Notes: a model not told the origin generated them from the letters alone. A stretch of 64,000 nucleotides of DNA from Candidatus Borkfalkia faecigallinarum (GCA_019114625.1 DXFD01000083.1:1845-65844), one strand, 5' to 3'. Shown: positions 8,974 to 17,848, numbered from the stretch's first letter. Translations and numbers: made by a program.

Positions 8974-8983
8974 GTTCACGCAT
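8850..8983 (-). pseudogene. Cryptic ~44-aa basic small ORF (frameshifted at an A7 tract, or a remnant)
   Basis: Open frame 8975-8850 reads TKKALPDLAKAIENQKAVESVRVSIVLKKPKPSKAPKVDDK*; ATG 8983 joins it only by a -1 shift; GC hairpin 8812-8836 follows the stop. Confidence 0.4.
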
Positions 8984-9100
8984 GGAATGTATGGGGCGCG
9001 CGGATCGCGCGCGCCGATAGCCCCCCGTTAGCCCCCCGCTGCGCGCTCTTTGCGTGGGGGCAGCGGTCGGCCGCATCGCCTGAAAATCCGGATAAAGTAT

Positions 9101-9129
9101 TTGCCATTGCCGCGCGTTTGTGGTATAAT
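9101..9129 (+). promoter_or_regulatory. sigmaA promoter of the alr operon
   Basis: TTGCCA-N17-TATAAT with TG extension. Confidence 0.7.
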
Positions 9130-9207
9130 TTTAAAAAGCATAACACATTTTTGCCCTCCCGCATAGAGTAATGGATGCGGGCGATACCCGCGCGGGAGGG
9201 GATTTGT

Positions 9208-10206
9208 ATGCAGAAAGTCCGTGCAGAGATCGACCTCGGCGCGATCCGTGCCAACGCGCGCCGCTTTGCGGCGCTCGCGGGCGGGGCGGCGCTGTGCGCC
9301 GTCGTCAAGGCGGACGCCTACGGTCACGGCGCGGCGATGGTCGCGCACGCGCTGCGCGGCGTCGCCCGTTCGTTTGCGGTCGCGTTGGTCGAGGAGGGCG
9401 TCGCCCTGCGCCAGGCGGGCGTTTCCGAGGATATCCTCGTGCTCGTTCCGCCGCTGTGCGAGGAGGAGGTGCTGCGCGGCTGCGCATACGGATTGACCTT
9501 CTCTTTATCCGATGCGTCGGATGCGGCGCTGATCGGCGCGGTGTGCGAGCGGTTCGGCTTGACGGCGCGCTGCCATATCAAGGTCAATACGGGCATGAAC
9601 CGCTTCGGTTTTGACGGAGAGGCGCTCGACTCTTTTCTGTGCCGTCCGCGCGCCCGTCTGCGGGTCGAAGGGATCGCATCCCATTTCTACCGCCCGGAGG
9701 ACGCCGCGACGGCGGAGGCGCAATACCGCCTCTTTCGGGAATACTGCGCGCGCGCGGAAGCCGCTTTCGGTCCGCTGCAAAAGCACATCGCCGCGACGGG
9801 CGGGGTGCTCGCGTCCTCCCGTTACAGCGCGGACATGGTGCGCGTCGGCATTGGTCTGTACGGCTATGTGCCGAACGGCTTTGCTTCGCCCCGGCTGCGC
9901 CGCGCGATGCGCGTCTATGCGACGGTCGCGTCCGTCCGCCGCTATGCGGGCGGCGGCATGGGGTACGGGGCGCGTCGGCCGAACGGGGAAAACTTGTTCG
10001 TTCTTCGCTGCGGGTATGCGGACGGCTTGTTCCGCGCGGGGACGCTGTGCATGGACGCCTGCGTGGCGGAGGGGCGCGCGGAAAAATACGGCGAAGTGTG
10101 TATCCTTTCGGATGCGGATGCCGCGGCCGCCGCGAACGGTACGATCGCGTACGAGGTGCTTGCCCGCATCGGCGGGCGGGCAGTCAGGGACTATGTGGAC
10201 AGATAA
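9208..10206 (+). CDS. alr: Alanine racemase (short C-terminal domain)
   Basis: AVVKADAYGHG PLP-Lys motif, HIKVNTGMNRFG, VRVGIGLYG, GYADG, TIAYE; GGAGGG RBS. Confidence 0.92.
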   Translation: MQKVRAEIDLGAIRANARRFAALAGGAALCAVVKADAYGHGAAMVAHALRGVARSFAVALVEEGVALRQAGVSEDILVLVPPLCEEEVLRGCAYGLTFSLSDASDAALIGAVCERFGLTARCHIKVNTGMNRFGFDGEALDSFLCRPRARLRVEGIASHFYRPEDAATAEAQYRLFREYCARAEAAFGPLQKHIAATGGVLASSRYSADMVRVGIGLYGYVPNGFASPRLRRAMRVYATVASVRRYAGGGMGYGARRPNGENLFVLRCGYADGLFRAGTLCMDACVAEGRAEKYGEVCILSDADAAAAANGTIAYEVLARIGGRAVRDYVDR

Positions 10207-10807
10207 ACAGCAGCTCAGGCGCGCCATGAAGGCCGCGCGGGAGGCGGCGCCCGACCGCGCCGCGCGCGACGCAAAGATCTTTCGGGAATTGTTTGCGCTT
10301 CCGGCATTCACGGAAGCGCGCCGTTACTTTCTCTACCGCTCCTTCGGGGCGGAGGCGGATACGTCGCGCATCGCGGAAGAGCTTCTGCGCCGCGGCAAAG
10401 AGATCTGGTACCCGCGCGTGCGCGGGCGGGAGATGGAGACGGTGCGCTGGACGGGCCAGCCCTTTGCGCGCGGGCCGTTCGGCATCGAGGAACCGGTCGG
10501 GGAAGGGGAGGACGTCCGCCCGGATGTGTGCGTTTTGCCCATGCTCGCGGCGGACAAGGCTTGCCGTCGTTTGGGCTACGGCGGCGGATATTACGACCGT
10601 TATCTGGCGGAAGCGGGGCGCTTTGCCCGCAAAGTCGGCATCTGCTACGCCTTTCAGGTGGTCGACGCGCTCCCTGCCGAGGCGCACGATATCCCGGCGG
10701 ATCTCATCGTGACGGACGCCGGCGTGCTCGCGCGCGGCGGGGCGGGCGATAACAAAACATCGGCAAGCGGCCGCGCCGTATGGCGCGGCGAGGAGAATAG
10801 ACAGTGA
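10193..10807 (+). CDS. 5-formyltetrahydrofolate cyclo-ligase
   Basis: KQQLRR, FGIEEP, RLGYGGGYYDRYL and EAHDIPADLIVT motifs. Confidence 0.93.
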   Translation: MWTDKQQLRRAMKAAREAAPDRAARDAKIFRELFALPAFTEARRYFLYRSFGAEADTSRIAEELLRRGKEIWYPRVRGREMETVRWTGQPFARGPFGIEEPVGEGEDVRPDVCVLPMLAADKACRRLGYGGGYYDRYLAEAGRFARKVGICYAFQVVDALPAEAHDIPADLIVTDAGVLARGGAGDNKTSASGRAVWRGEENRQ

Positions 10808-11334
10808 GGATCGTCGGCGGAAAATTTCGCGGGCGCGTGCTCGCCTCGTTCAAGGGCAAGGACGTGCGCCCCACATCCGATCGCGCCAAAGAGGCGCTGT
10901 TCAATATCCTCGCGCCCGAGATCTCCGGCGCGAACGTGCTCGACCTGTTCTGCGGGACGGGCGGGATCGGGCTGGAAGCTCTCTCGCGCGGGGCGGATCT
11001 GGTCGTGTTCAACGACGTATCGGCAGACAGCCTTGCGATCCTGCGCAAGAACCTGGCGCTGTTGCGCACGGATGCCAAGATCTACAACCTCGACTATGCC
11101 GCCCTGTTGGATCGGATCGACGTCACGTTCGACGTCATCTATATCGACCCGCCGTACAAGAGCGGGTTCGGGGCGGATGCGCTCCGCCGCATCGCGGCGC
11201 GGCGGCTGCTCAATACGGGCGGCGTCGCCGTTTTGGAGAGCGATCGGCCGTGGGAAGGGGAGATCGAGGGCCTCGTGCGCTATGACGAGCGCAAGTACGG
11301 CATCGCGTATCTGACCTTTTTCACGCCCGATTGA
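10804..11334 (+). CDS. rsmD: 16S rRNA m2G966 methyltransferase RsmD
   Basis: RPTSDRAKEALFN, LDLFCGTGGIGLEALSRG and IDPPY motifs. Confidence 0.95.
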   Translation: MRIVGGKFRGRVLASFKGKDVRPTSDRAKEALFNILAPEISGANVLDLFCGTGGIGLEALSRGADLVVFNDVSADSLAILRKNLALLRTDAKIYNLDYAALLDRIDVTFDVIYIDPPYKSGFGADALRRIAARRLLNTGGVAVLESDRPWEGEIEGLVRYDERKYGIAYLTFFTPD

Positions 11335-11340
11335 GGCGCG

Positions 11341-11520
11341 GGAAGTCGGCGCCAAGTCGCCCCGTGTAAAGTATCGGGAGCGAAGTCGGCGCCAAGCCGC
11401 GCAGGCATACAGCGGCGCGGACAGGTCGGCGGAAAGCCGCGCGTATATATAATTAGGAATGCCGTCATTAAGCCACGCGTATATATAGGGACGCCGTCAT
11501 AAAGCCGCGCGATATATGGG
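11341..11520 (+). repeat. Five degenerate intergenic repeats (periods 40/40/36/32 bp)
   Basis: AAG(T/C)C(G/A)C anchors at 11354, 11394, 11434, 11470 and 11502. Confidence 0.7.
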
Positions 11521-11537
11521 AGCGCGGAGGAGCTGTT

Positions 11538-12035
11538 ATGAAAAAGAAATGTGTTTTTGCGGGGACGTTCGACCCGCCGACGCTCGGGCATAAGGATATC
11601 GTCCTAAAATGCCTCACGCTGTTCGACGAGGTGATCGTCGCCGTCCTCATCAATCCGAACAAGGCGCCGCTCTTTACCGAGGAGGCGCGCCTCGCCATGC
11701 TGCGCAAGGTGTTCGCGCCCTATCCGAACGTGCGCGTGCTCGCCTATGACGGGCTGACGGTCGACCTGCTTCGCCGTGAGGGCGCGCGGTTTTATGTGCG
11801 CGGCATCCGCAACGGCACCGATTACGACTACGAGGCACAGCTCAACTATATCAATATGGACATGTATCCGGACATGGTCACCGTCTTTTTGCCGACGCGG
11901 CAGGAGTTTTTGCACATCAGCTCCAGCCTCGTCAAAGACGCGCTGCGCTTTCACAAGAGCGTCGATAACTATGTCCCGGAAGAGATCAGGGGGGATCTGA
12001 GGAAATACTTGCAAGAGGGTAAAGGAAATGTTTAA
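11538..12035 (+). CDS. coaD: Phosphopantetheine adenylyltransferase
   Basis: GTFDPPTLGH, VRGIR and ISSSLVK motifs; follows rsmD. Confidence 0.96.
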   Translation: MKKKCVFAGTFDPPTLGHKDIVLKCLTLFDEVIVAVLINPNKAPLFTEEARLAMLRKVFAPYPNVRVLAYDGLTVDLLRREGARFYVRGIRNGTDYDYEAQLNYINMDMYPDMVTVFLPTRQEFLHISSSLVKDALRFHKSVDNYVPEEIRGDLRKYLQEGKGNV

Positions 12036-13053
12036 GAGAGAAGAACTCATCCCCGCCGCGGAGGAGATCCTCGCGCGGGTACCGCTGCCGCCGTCGCTGC
12101 AAAAGATCAAGCAGGAGCGCGACGCGCTCGCTTCCGGCGTTATCCGCGGCGAAACGGATAAATTATTGCTCATCGTCGGGCCCTGTTCCGCGCACGAGAG
12201 CAAGCCCGTGCTCGACTACGTCGAGCGCCTCGGCAAACTCAACGAAAAGGTCAAGGACAAGCTCGTTATCGTCCCGCGCATCTACACCAACAAGCCGCGC
12301 ACGAAGGGTGTCGGCTACAAGGGGATGTTTACTCAGCCCGACCCGCGCAGCAAGGAGGATATCCTCAAAGGCATCCTCACCATCCGCCATCTGCACATCG
12401 ATGCGATCGGCGCGAGCGGCCTGTCCGCCGCGGACGAGATGCTGTATCCGGAAAACTATGCCTATCTCGAGGACCTTCTCACCTATATCGCCGTCGGCGC
12501 GCGCTCGAGCGAGAACCAGATGCACCGCCTGGTCGCCAGCGGCATCGAACTGCCCGTCGGCATCAAAAATCCGATGAGCGGTTCGGTCCCCGTGCTGCTC
12601 AATTCCATCTACGCGGCGCAGAGCGGCGGGCAGGTATTCAAATATCAGAATTACCAGGTCCGCACCACGGGCAACGAGCTCGCGCACGCCGTGCTGCGCG
12701 GCGCCGTGGACGGATACGGCAACGATATCCCGAACTTCCATTATGAAACGGTCATGAAGGTGGTCGAAGGCTATTCGAAAACGGGGCTGAAAAACCCCGC
12801 CATCATCATCGACACCAATCATTCCAATTCGGGCAAGCAGTTCAAGCAGCAGATCCGCATCGTGGAAGAGGTGCTCAACAACCGCCTCTACGACAAGGAC
12901 TTCAAAAAATACGTCAAAGGCTTCATGATCGAGAGCTTTATCGAGGAGGGGAACCAGAAGGAGGACGTCGTTTACGGCAAGTCCATCACCGACCCCTGCC
13001 TCGGCTGGGCGGATACCGAGCGGCTCGTGTTCGACATCGCCAATAAAGTGTAA
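12028..13053 (+). CDS. 3-deoxy-7-phosphoheptulonate (DAHP) synthase, class I-alpha
   Basis: IVGPCSAH, KPRT.G.GYKG, GARSSE, DTNHSNS and SITDPCLGW motifs. Confidence 0.93.
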   Translation: MFKREELIPAAEEILARVPLPPSLQKIKQERDALASGVIRGETDKLLLIVGPCSAHESKPVLDYVERLGKLNEKVKDKLVIVPRIYTNKPRTKGVGYKGMFTQPDPRSKEDILKGILTIRHLHIDAIGASGLSAADEMLYPENYAYLEDLLTYIAVGARSSENQMHRLVASGIELPVGIKNPMSGSVPVLLNSIYAAQSGGQVFKYQNYQVRTTGNELAHAVLRGAVDGYGNDIPNFHYETVMKVVEGYSKTGLKNPAIIIDTNHSNSGKQFKQQIRIVEEVLNNRLYDKDFKKYVKGFMIESFIEEGNQKEDVVYGKSITDPCLGWADTERLVFDIANKV

Positions 13054-13065
13054 GGAGGGGAATGC

Positions 13066-13878
13066 ATGGAACGGTGCGAGGGAACGGTCGCCTATCTCGG
13101 CCCGGACGGCAGCTATTCGATGCTGGCGGCGCGGCAGCTCTGTCCGCAGGCGCAGGGCTTGCCCTGCAAGAGCTTTTTTGAGGCCGTGCAGGCGCTGCGG
13201 GAGGGCAGGGCGGACAGCGCCGTGCTGCCCGTCGAAAATACGCTGCAGGGTGCCGTGACCCAAAATCTGGACCTGCTCTACGCGAACGACGCCCTGTATG
13301 CCGTGCGCGAATTTCTTCTCCCCATCGAGCACCGCCTCATCGCGCGCGAGGGAACGGCGCTTTCGGAGATCCGGCGGATCTTTTCGCACCAGCAGGCGAT
13401 CCTGCAATGCGGGAAGTTCCTCTCCCAAAACCTGCCGCACGCGGAGCTGATCTATACCGATTCCACGATGGACAGCCTGCGCCACATCGAAAGGGCGGGC
13501 GATGCGGGCATCGTCGGCTCGCACGTGCGGGCGGAAGGATTTGCCTTCATCGGTGCCAACATCGCCGATGAAAAGAAGAACTTCACCCATTTTCTCCTCG
13601 TGCGCAAGGGGAGCGAACATCTCCCCGCACATTGCGAGCACGTCTGCTTTGCGGCGACTTGCCCGCACGAGCCGGGCGCGCTGCTGAAGATGCTGCAGAT
13701 CCTCTCCGTCTACGATCTGAACATGACAAAGATCGAGTCGCGCCCCATCAAAAATTCGCCGGGGACTTATTGCTTTTTCGTCGAATTCAAGGGGGACGCG
13801 GCCGACCGCCACGTCCGTGCCGCGCTCGACCGTCTGCGGGAATATACCCGCGGTTTTAAGCTGATCGGGTGCTATTGA
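13066..13878 (+). CDS. pheA: Prephenate dehydratase with ACT domain
   Basis: AYLGPDGSYS, LPVENT, SHQQAILQC, NFTHF and NMTKIESRP motifs. Confidence 0.93.
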   Translation: MERCEGTVAYLGPDGSYSMLAARQLCPQAQGLPCKSFFEAVQALREGRADSAVLPVENTLQGAVTQNLDLLYANDALYAVREFLLPIEHRLIAREGTALSEIRRIFSHQQAILQCGKFLSQNLPHAELIYTDSTMDSLRHIERAGDAGIVGSHVRAEGFAFIGANIADEKKNFTHFLLVRKGSEHLPAHCEHVCFAATCPHEPGALLKMLQILSVYDLNMTKIESRPIKNSPGTYCFFVEFKGDAADRHVRAALDRLREYTRGFKLIGCY

Positions 13879-13883
13879 GCGCA

Positions 13884-13910
13884 TTTGCATAGTACTCTGC
13901 GTGACATAAA
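13884..13910 (+). repeat. Dispersed AGTACT-core motif, copy 3
   Basis: TTTGCATAGTACTCTGCGTGACATAAA between the convergent pheA and ylbJ-like genes. Confidence 0.88.
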
Positions 13911-13926
13911 ACGCGAAAAATGCGGT

Positions 13927-14961
13927 TTAAAAGGCGAGCAGCAGCGCGCAGAACAGCGCGGCGGCGCAGCCTTGCGCCGCCTTGACGGCGATAAAGTGCC
14001 CCGCGCGCACGCCGACGGGTCGGAGAAAGGCGAGCTGCTGGGCGAGGATGCTCGCGCCGCCGAAAGTGATCGCAAAGGCGGCGAAGGGCAGTCCCGCCGC
14101 GTCCGCCGCCGCGAGGGCGGCGCAGCCGCGCGTCGCCTCGATCAGTCCGTACACGATCCCTTCGGCGCACGCCTGCGCGCCGAAGGGGCGCAGGCAAAGC
14201 TCGGCGAGGGCGCGCGGCGGGGCGAGGAGAAGGAGATCCTCCGTCGCGCACAGGGCGACGTTGGCGAGGGCGATGAATCCGCCCACGCACAGCACGGACA
14301 GGACGGCCTCGCGCACCGTTTCGCCGAGCGTGTCGGAAGGCGCGCGCGCCTGCGGCGCTCTTATGGCGCGGGCGGCAGACCGCTGCGCCGCGGGCGACGG
14401 GGATGGCTCCGCTGCGGCGGACCGATTTCGAAAGAGAAGGACGGGCAGGGCGATGGCGAGCACGCCGAACAGGTGCGCGGTAAGCAGCACCGCGCCTGCC
14501 TTTCCGCCGCCGAACATCGCGTTGCCGACGCTGCCGAGGATGAACATCGGTCCGGACGTGGAGCATAGGATGCTCAGCTTCTCCGCATCGGCGCGGCCGA
14601 TTTCGCCCCGCCTTTGCAGGTCGGCGACGACGCGGCTGCCGACGGGGTAGCCGGAAACGATGCTCAGGAGAAAGGCGCCCGCGCTTGCCGCGGGTAGCCC
14701 GCATCGCCGCAGCAGCGGGGAGAGCTTGCGGCCGAGGCCGTCGGCCATGCCCGATCGGGCGATCCACGCGGTCAGGACGAGGAAGGGAAACAGCGCGGGC
14801 AGCACGACTTTCGCCCACAGTGCGATGCCCTCCGCGCAGGCCGCGGCATAGCGCTGCGGCCGCAGGACGAGCAGGAGGAGCAGGGCCGCCGCGCACGCGA
14901 CGGCGTACAGCCGTCGAAAGCGGCGGGTTCGGTCGGAAAGCGGACTTGTCCGGATTTTCAT
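13927..14961 (-). CDS. ylbJ: YlbJ-like sporulation integral membrane protein (nucleoside-recognition domain)
   Basis: GIALW..VLPALFPF, SGYPVG, GPMFILGSVG, EATRG and FGG.SI..Q motifs; between coaD and a patatin as in Bacillus ylbI-J-K; start uncertain. Confidence 0.8.
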   Translation of the reverse strand: MKIRTSPLSDRTRRFRRLYAVACAAALLLLLVLRPQRYAAACAEGIALWAKVVLPALFPFLVLTAWIARSGMADGLGRKLSPLLRRCGLPAASAGAFLLSIVSGYPVGSRVVADLQRRGEIGRADAEKLSILCSTSGPMFILGSVGNAMFGGGKAGAVLLTAHLFGVLAIALPVLLFRNRSAAAEPSPSPAAQRSAARAIRAPQARAPSDTLGETVREAVLSVLCVGGFIALANVALCATEDLLLLAPPRALAELCLRPFGAQACAEGIVYGLIEATRGCAALAAADAAGLPFAAFAITFGGASILAQQLAFLRPVGVRAGHFIAVKAAQGCAAALFCALLLAF

Positions 14962-14992
14962 AGCTTATAATTATGACGAAGGGAGAACGGGT

Positions 14993-15784
14993 ATGCGTAA
15001 AAAACTTGGCTTTGCGTTGGGCGCAGGCGGCTCGAGGGGCATCGCGCACATCGGATTTTTGAAGGCGATGGAAGAGGAGGGCATCCGCCCCGACATGATC
15101 GCCGGGTCCTCGATGGGCAGCATCGTCGGCGCCTGCTATGCCAAAGGGATGACGCCGGAGGAGATGGGCAAGATCGCCCTGCAGCTGCGCACGGGGGATA
15201 TCGTCGATCTCGGGATCCTGCCCCTCAACACGCTGGGGCTCATGCGCTGGAACAAGGTGCGGCGGATGATCTCGGGGCTGTTGGACGACGCGCATTTTGC
15301 CGATCTGAAGATCTCGTTCAGCTGCGTGGCAGTCGACCTGCGCTCGGCAAAGCTGCACACCTTCTCGGAAGGGAGCGTCGTCGATGCGGTATTGGCGTCC
15401 AGCTCGGCGCCGACCGTGTTCCGCCCCGTGGAGAAGGACGGCGGCCTGTATATCGACGGCAGCGTGCTCTGCCGCGTCCCCGTGCGCCAGCTCCGTGAGA
15501 TGGGCGCGCAGGTCGTCGTCGCGGTGGACGTGCTCGGCGGCTGCAAGCCGATCGAAAAGGTGCCGAACATCATTGCCCTCATTGCGCGCGTGTACGAGAC
15601 GATGGATTCCGCCCTCACGTCTGCGGAGCGTCGCCGCTGCCGCCGCTACGTCGATCTGTGGCTGGAACCAGACCTGGGCGACATGGTCCAGTTCACGTTC
15701 AAAAAGTTGGACTTCGCCATGGACGCGGGCTATGCGCTGGGCAAGGAATACGCGCCGAAGATCCGCGAACTGATCGGCGAATAG
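14993..15784 (+). CDS. Patatin-like phospholipase (YlbK/RssA family)
   Basis: LGAGGSRG.AHIG, GSSMG nucleophile motif, DG catalytic Asp. Confidence 0.92.
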   Translation: MRKKLGFALGAGGSRGIAHIGFLKAMEEEGIRPDMIAGSSMGSIVGACYAKGMTPEEMGKIALQLRTGDIVDLGILPLNTLGLMRWNKVRRMISGLLDDAHFADLKISFSCVAVDLRSAKLHTFSEGSVVDAVLASSSAPTVFRPVEKDGGLYIDGSVLCRVPVRQLREMGAQVVVAVDVLGGCKPIEKVPNIIALIARVYETMDSALTSAERRRCRRYVDLWLEPDLGDMVQFTFKKLDFAMDAGYALGKEYAPKIRELIGE

Positions 15785-15818
15785 GGCGGCTGTCGGCCGC
15801 GGACACGAGGAGGACGGG

Positions 15819-17162
15819 ATGGACCTGTTCGATTGGAATCAAAACGAGGACCGCGCCAAGCCGCTCGCGGAAAAAATGCGGGCGGAGAGCTTGGATGAAT
15901 TTATCGGGCAGAAGCACATCGTCGCGGAGGGCAGCCTCCTGCGGCGCGCCATCCGCCTAGACCGGTTGGGAAGCTGCATCTTCTGGGGGCCGCCCGGCTG
16001 CGGCAAGACGACGCTCGCCAACATCATCGCCAAGACGACGCGCGGGAATTTTGTCAAGCTGAACGCCGTGCAGAGCGGCGTCGCAGACGTCAAAAAGGCG
16101 GTGGAAGATGCGCGCAATGCCCTGAAATTGTACGGCAAACGCACCTATCTGCTGCTGGACGAGTGTCACCGCTTCAACAAGACGCAGTCCGATTCTCTCC
16201 TGCCCGCCATCGAACAGGGGACGCTCATCCTGATCGGCTCGACGACGGAGAACCCGTACGCGTCCATGACTCCCGCGATCGTCTCCCGCTGCCGCGTCTT
16301 TGAGTTTAAGCGCCTTTCCGAGGAGGAGATCGCGGGCGCCCTGCGCGCCGCGCTGACCTCGCCCAAAGGGCTCGCCGACTATCGCGTGCAGATGGAGGAG
16401 ACCGCCGTCGCGCACATCGCGCGCATGGCGGCGGGCGATCTGCGCGCGGCTTACAACGCGCTCGAGCTCGCCGTTCTGACGACGCCGCCCGCGCCCGACG
16501 GGACCATCCGCGTCACCCTCGCCGATGCCGAGCAGTCTATCCAGCGCAAGGCGCTCTCCTATAACGAGGACGCCTATTACGATTTTCTCTCCGCCTTCTG
16601 CAAGAGCCTGCGGGGGAGCGACTCCAACGCCGCGCTCTATTACGCTTTCCGCCTGATCGAGGGCGGCTGCGACCCGCTCCTCATCCTGCGCCGCCTCGTC
16701 GTCCACGCGAGTGAGGACGTCGGTATGGCGGACCCGAACGCGCTGGTCGTGGCGACCTCCGCGCTCGTCGCCTTCGAGCACCTCGGCGCGCCCGAAGGGC
16801 TGATCCCGCTCAGCAACGCGATCATCTACGTGTGCGAGGCGGAAAAATCCAATTCCGTGATCCTCGCGATGGACGCCGCCAAGCGCGCCGCGCGCGAAGT
16901 GCGCGACGATGCGGTGCCTTCGCATCTGAAGGATACGTCGTACGGCAGCCGCGAAGCCAAAGCGCAGCGCGAAGCGTATAAGTACCCGCACAACTACGGC
17001 GGCTGGGTGAAGCAGCAGTATCTGCCCGATTCTTTGAAAGATGCCGTGTTCTATCGCCCGCAGGGCAGGGGGTACGAGCAAACCGTCGCGCATATCCGCG
17101 CCGCGAAGGGGATGCCGGACGACACGCAGGCCGATCCCCCGCAAGGTATCCCGCATCCGTAA
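15819..17162 (+). CDS. rarA: Replication-associated recombination protein A (RarA/MgsA)
   Basis: WGPPGCGKTT, DECHRFNK, STTENP, KSLRGSD, ASEDVG and YKYPH motifs. Confidence 0.96.
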   Translation: MDLFDWNQNEDRAKPLAEKMRAESLDEFIGQKHIVAEGSLLRRAIRLDRLGSCIFWGPPGCGKTTLANIIAKTTRGNFVKLNAVQSGVADVKKAVEDARNALKLYGKRTYLLLDECHRFNKTQSDSLLPAIEQGTLILIGSTTENPYASMTPAIVSRCRVFEFKRLSEEEIAGALRAALTSPKGLADYRVQMEETAVAHIARMAAGDLRAAYNALELAVLTTPPAPDGTIRVTLADAEQSIQRKALSYNEDAYYDFLSAFCKSLRGSDSNAALYYAFRLIEGGCDPLLILRRLVVHASEDVGMADPNALVVATSALVAFEHLGAPEGLIPLSNAIIYVCEAEKSNSVILAMDAAKRAAREVRDDAVPSHLKDTSYGSREAKAQREAYKYPHNYGGWVKQQYLPDSLKDAVFYRPQGRGYEQTVAHIRAAKGMPDDTQADPPQGIPHP

Positions 17163-17232
17163 AAAGCGAACTCCGTCGCAAGGTATCCCGCATCTGTAAA
17201 AAGCAAACTCCGTCCGTAAAAAGCGAACTCCG
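17140..17232 (+). repeat. Tandem 37-bp duplication plus a partial third copy at the rarA 3' end
   Basis: CGCAAGGTATCCCGCATC(C/T)GTAAAAAGC(G/A)AACTCCGT at 17140 and 17177; partial copy 17214-17232. Confidence 0.85.
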
Positions 17233-17254
17233 CGCCGTTCGGCGCGGAGTTTTC
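17226..17254 (+). terminator. Intrinsic terminator after rarA
   Basis: AACTCCGCGCC-GTTC-GGCGCGGAGTT stem followed by T-rich sequence. Confidence 0.8.
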
Positions 17255-17267
17255 AACTTTTTTGTAT

Positions 17268-17294
17268 TTTGCAGAGTACTATGTCTGAAATAAA
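17268..17294 (+). repeat. Dispersed AGTACT-core motif, copy 4
   Basis: TTTGCAGAGTACTATGTCTGAAATAAA. Confidence 0.88.
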
Positions 17295-17300
17295 TCGCCT

Positions 17301-17825
17301 TTATCGGCCGTATAGGTTCCCGCCCTTGCAGTCGATGGCGACGATGCAGGGGAAATCGAGGATCGTAAAGCGGTGCACCGCCTCGCTCAGCAGGTCGGGG
17401 AAGGCGACGACTTCGCTCTTGCAGACAGCGTTGCCGTACAGCGCGCCCGCTCCGCCGATCGCGGCGAAGTAGACGGCATGGTCGCGCACGACGGCGTCGC
17501 ACACCGCGCGGCTGCGCTCACCCTTGCCGATCATCCCTTTGAGGCCGAGGTCAAGCAGGCGGGGCGCATAGGCGTCCATGCGCGCGCTCGTCGTCGGGCC
17601 GCAGCTGCCGCACGCTTTCCCGTCGGGCGCGGGGCAGGGGCCGGCATAATAGATCGTCTCGCCCTGCAGCGCGAAGGGCAGCGGCGTGCCCGCGTCCAGC
17701 ATCTCGCAGATGCGCTTGTGGGCGCAGTCGCGCCCGGTCAGGATCGTGCCGGAGAGCAGCACGCTCTCTCCCGCGCGCAGCGTCTCGATGATCTCGTCGG
17801 TCAGCGGCAATTGGATCTTTTTCAT
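17301..17825 (-). CDS. Fe-S hydro-lyase (class I fumarate hydratase), beta subunit
   Basis: TGRDCAHKR, YYAGPCP, GPTTSARMD and MIGKG motifs. Confidence 0.93.
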   Translation of the reverse strand: MKKIQLPLTDEIIETLRAGESVLLSGTILTGRDCAHKRICEMLDAGTPLPFALQGETIYYAGPCPAPDGKACGSCGPTTSARMDAYAPRLLDLGLKGMIGKGERSRAVCDAVVRDHAVYFAAIGGAGALYGNAVCKSEVVAFPDLLSEAVHRFTILDFPCIVAIDCKGGNLYGR

Positions 17826-17848
17826 CTCGGATCTCCCTTTTTGGTCGG

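Noticed and set aside
7497-9000. Prophage or integrative element at tRNA-Lys
   Set aside because: No integrase or phage gene, and the tRNA-end copy is only about 130 bp away rather than flanking the islet.
11341-11520. CRISPR array interpretation of the 40-bp periodic repeats
   Set aside because: Repeats are only about 18 nt and drift from unit to unit, the period shrinks, and there is no leader or cas gene in the window.
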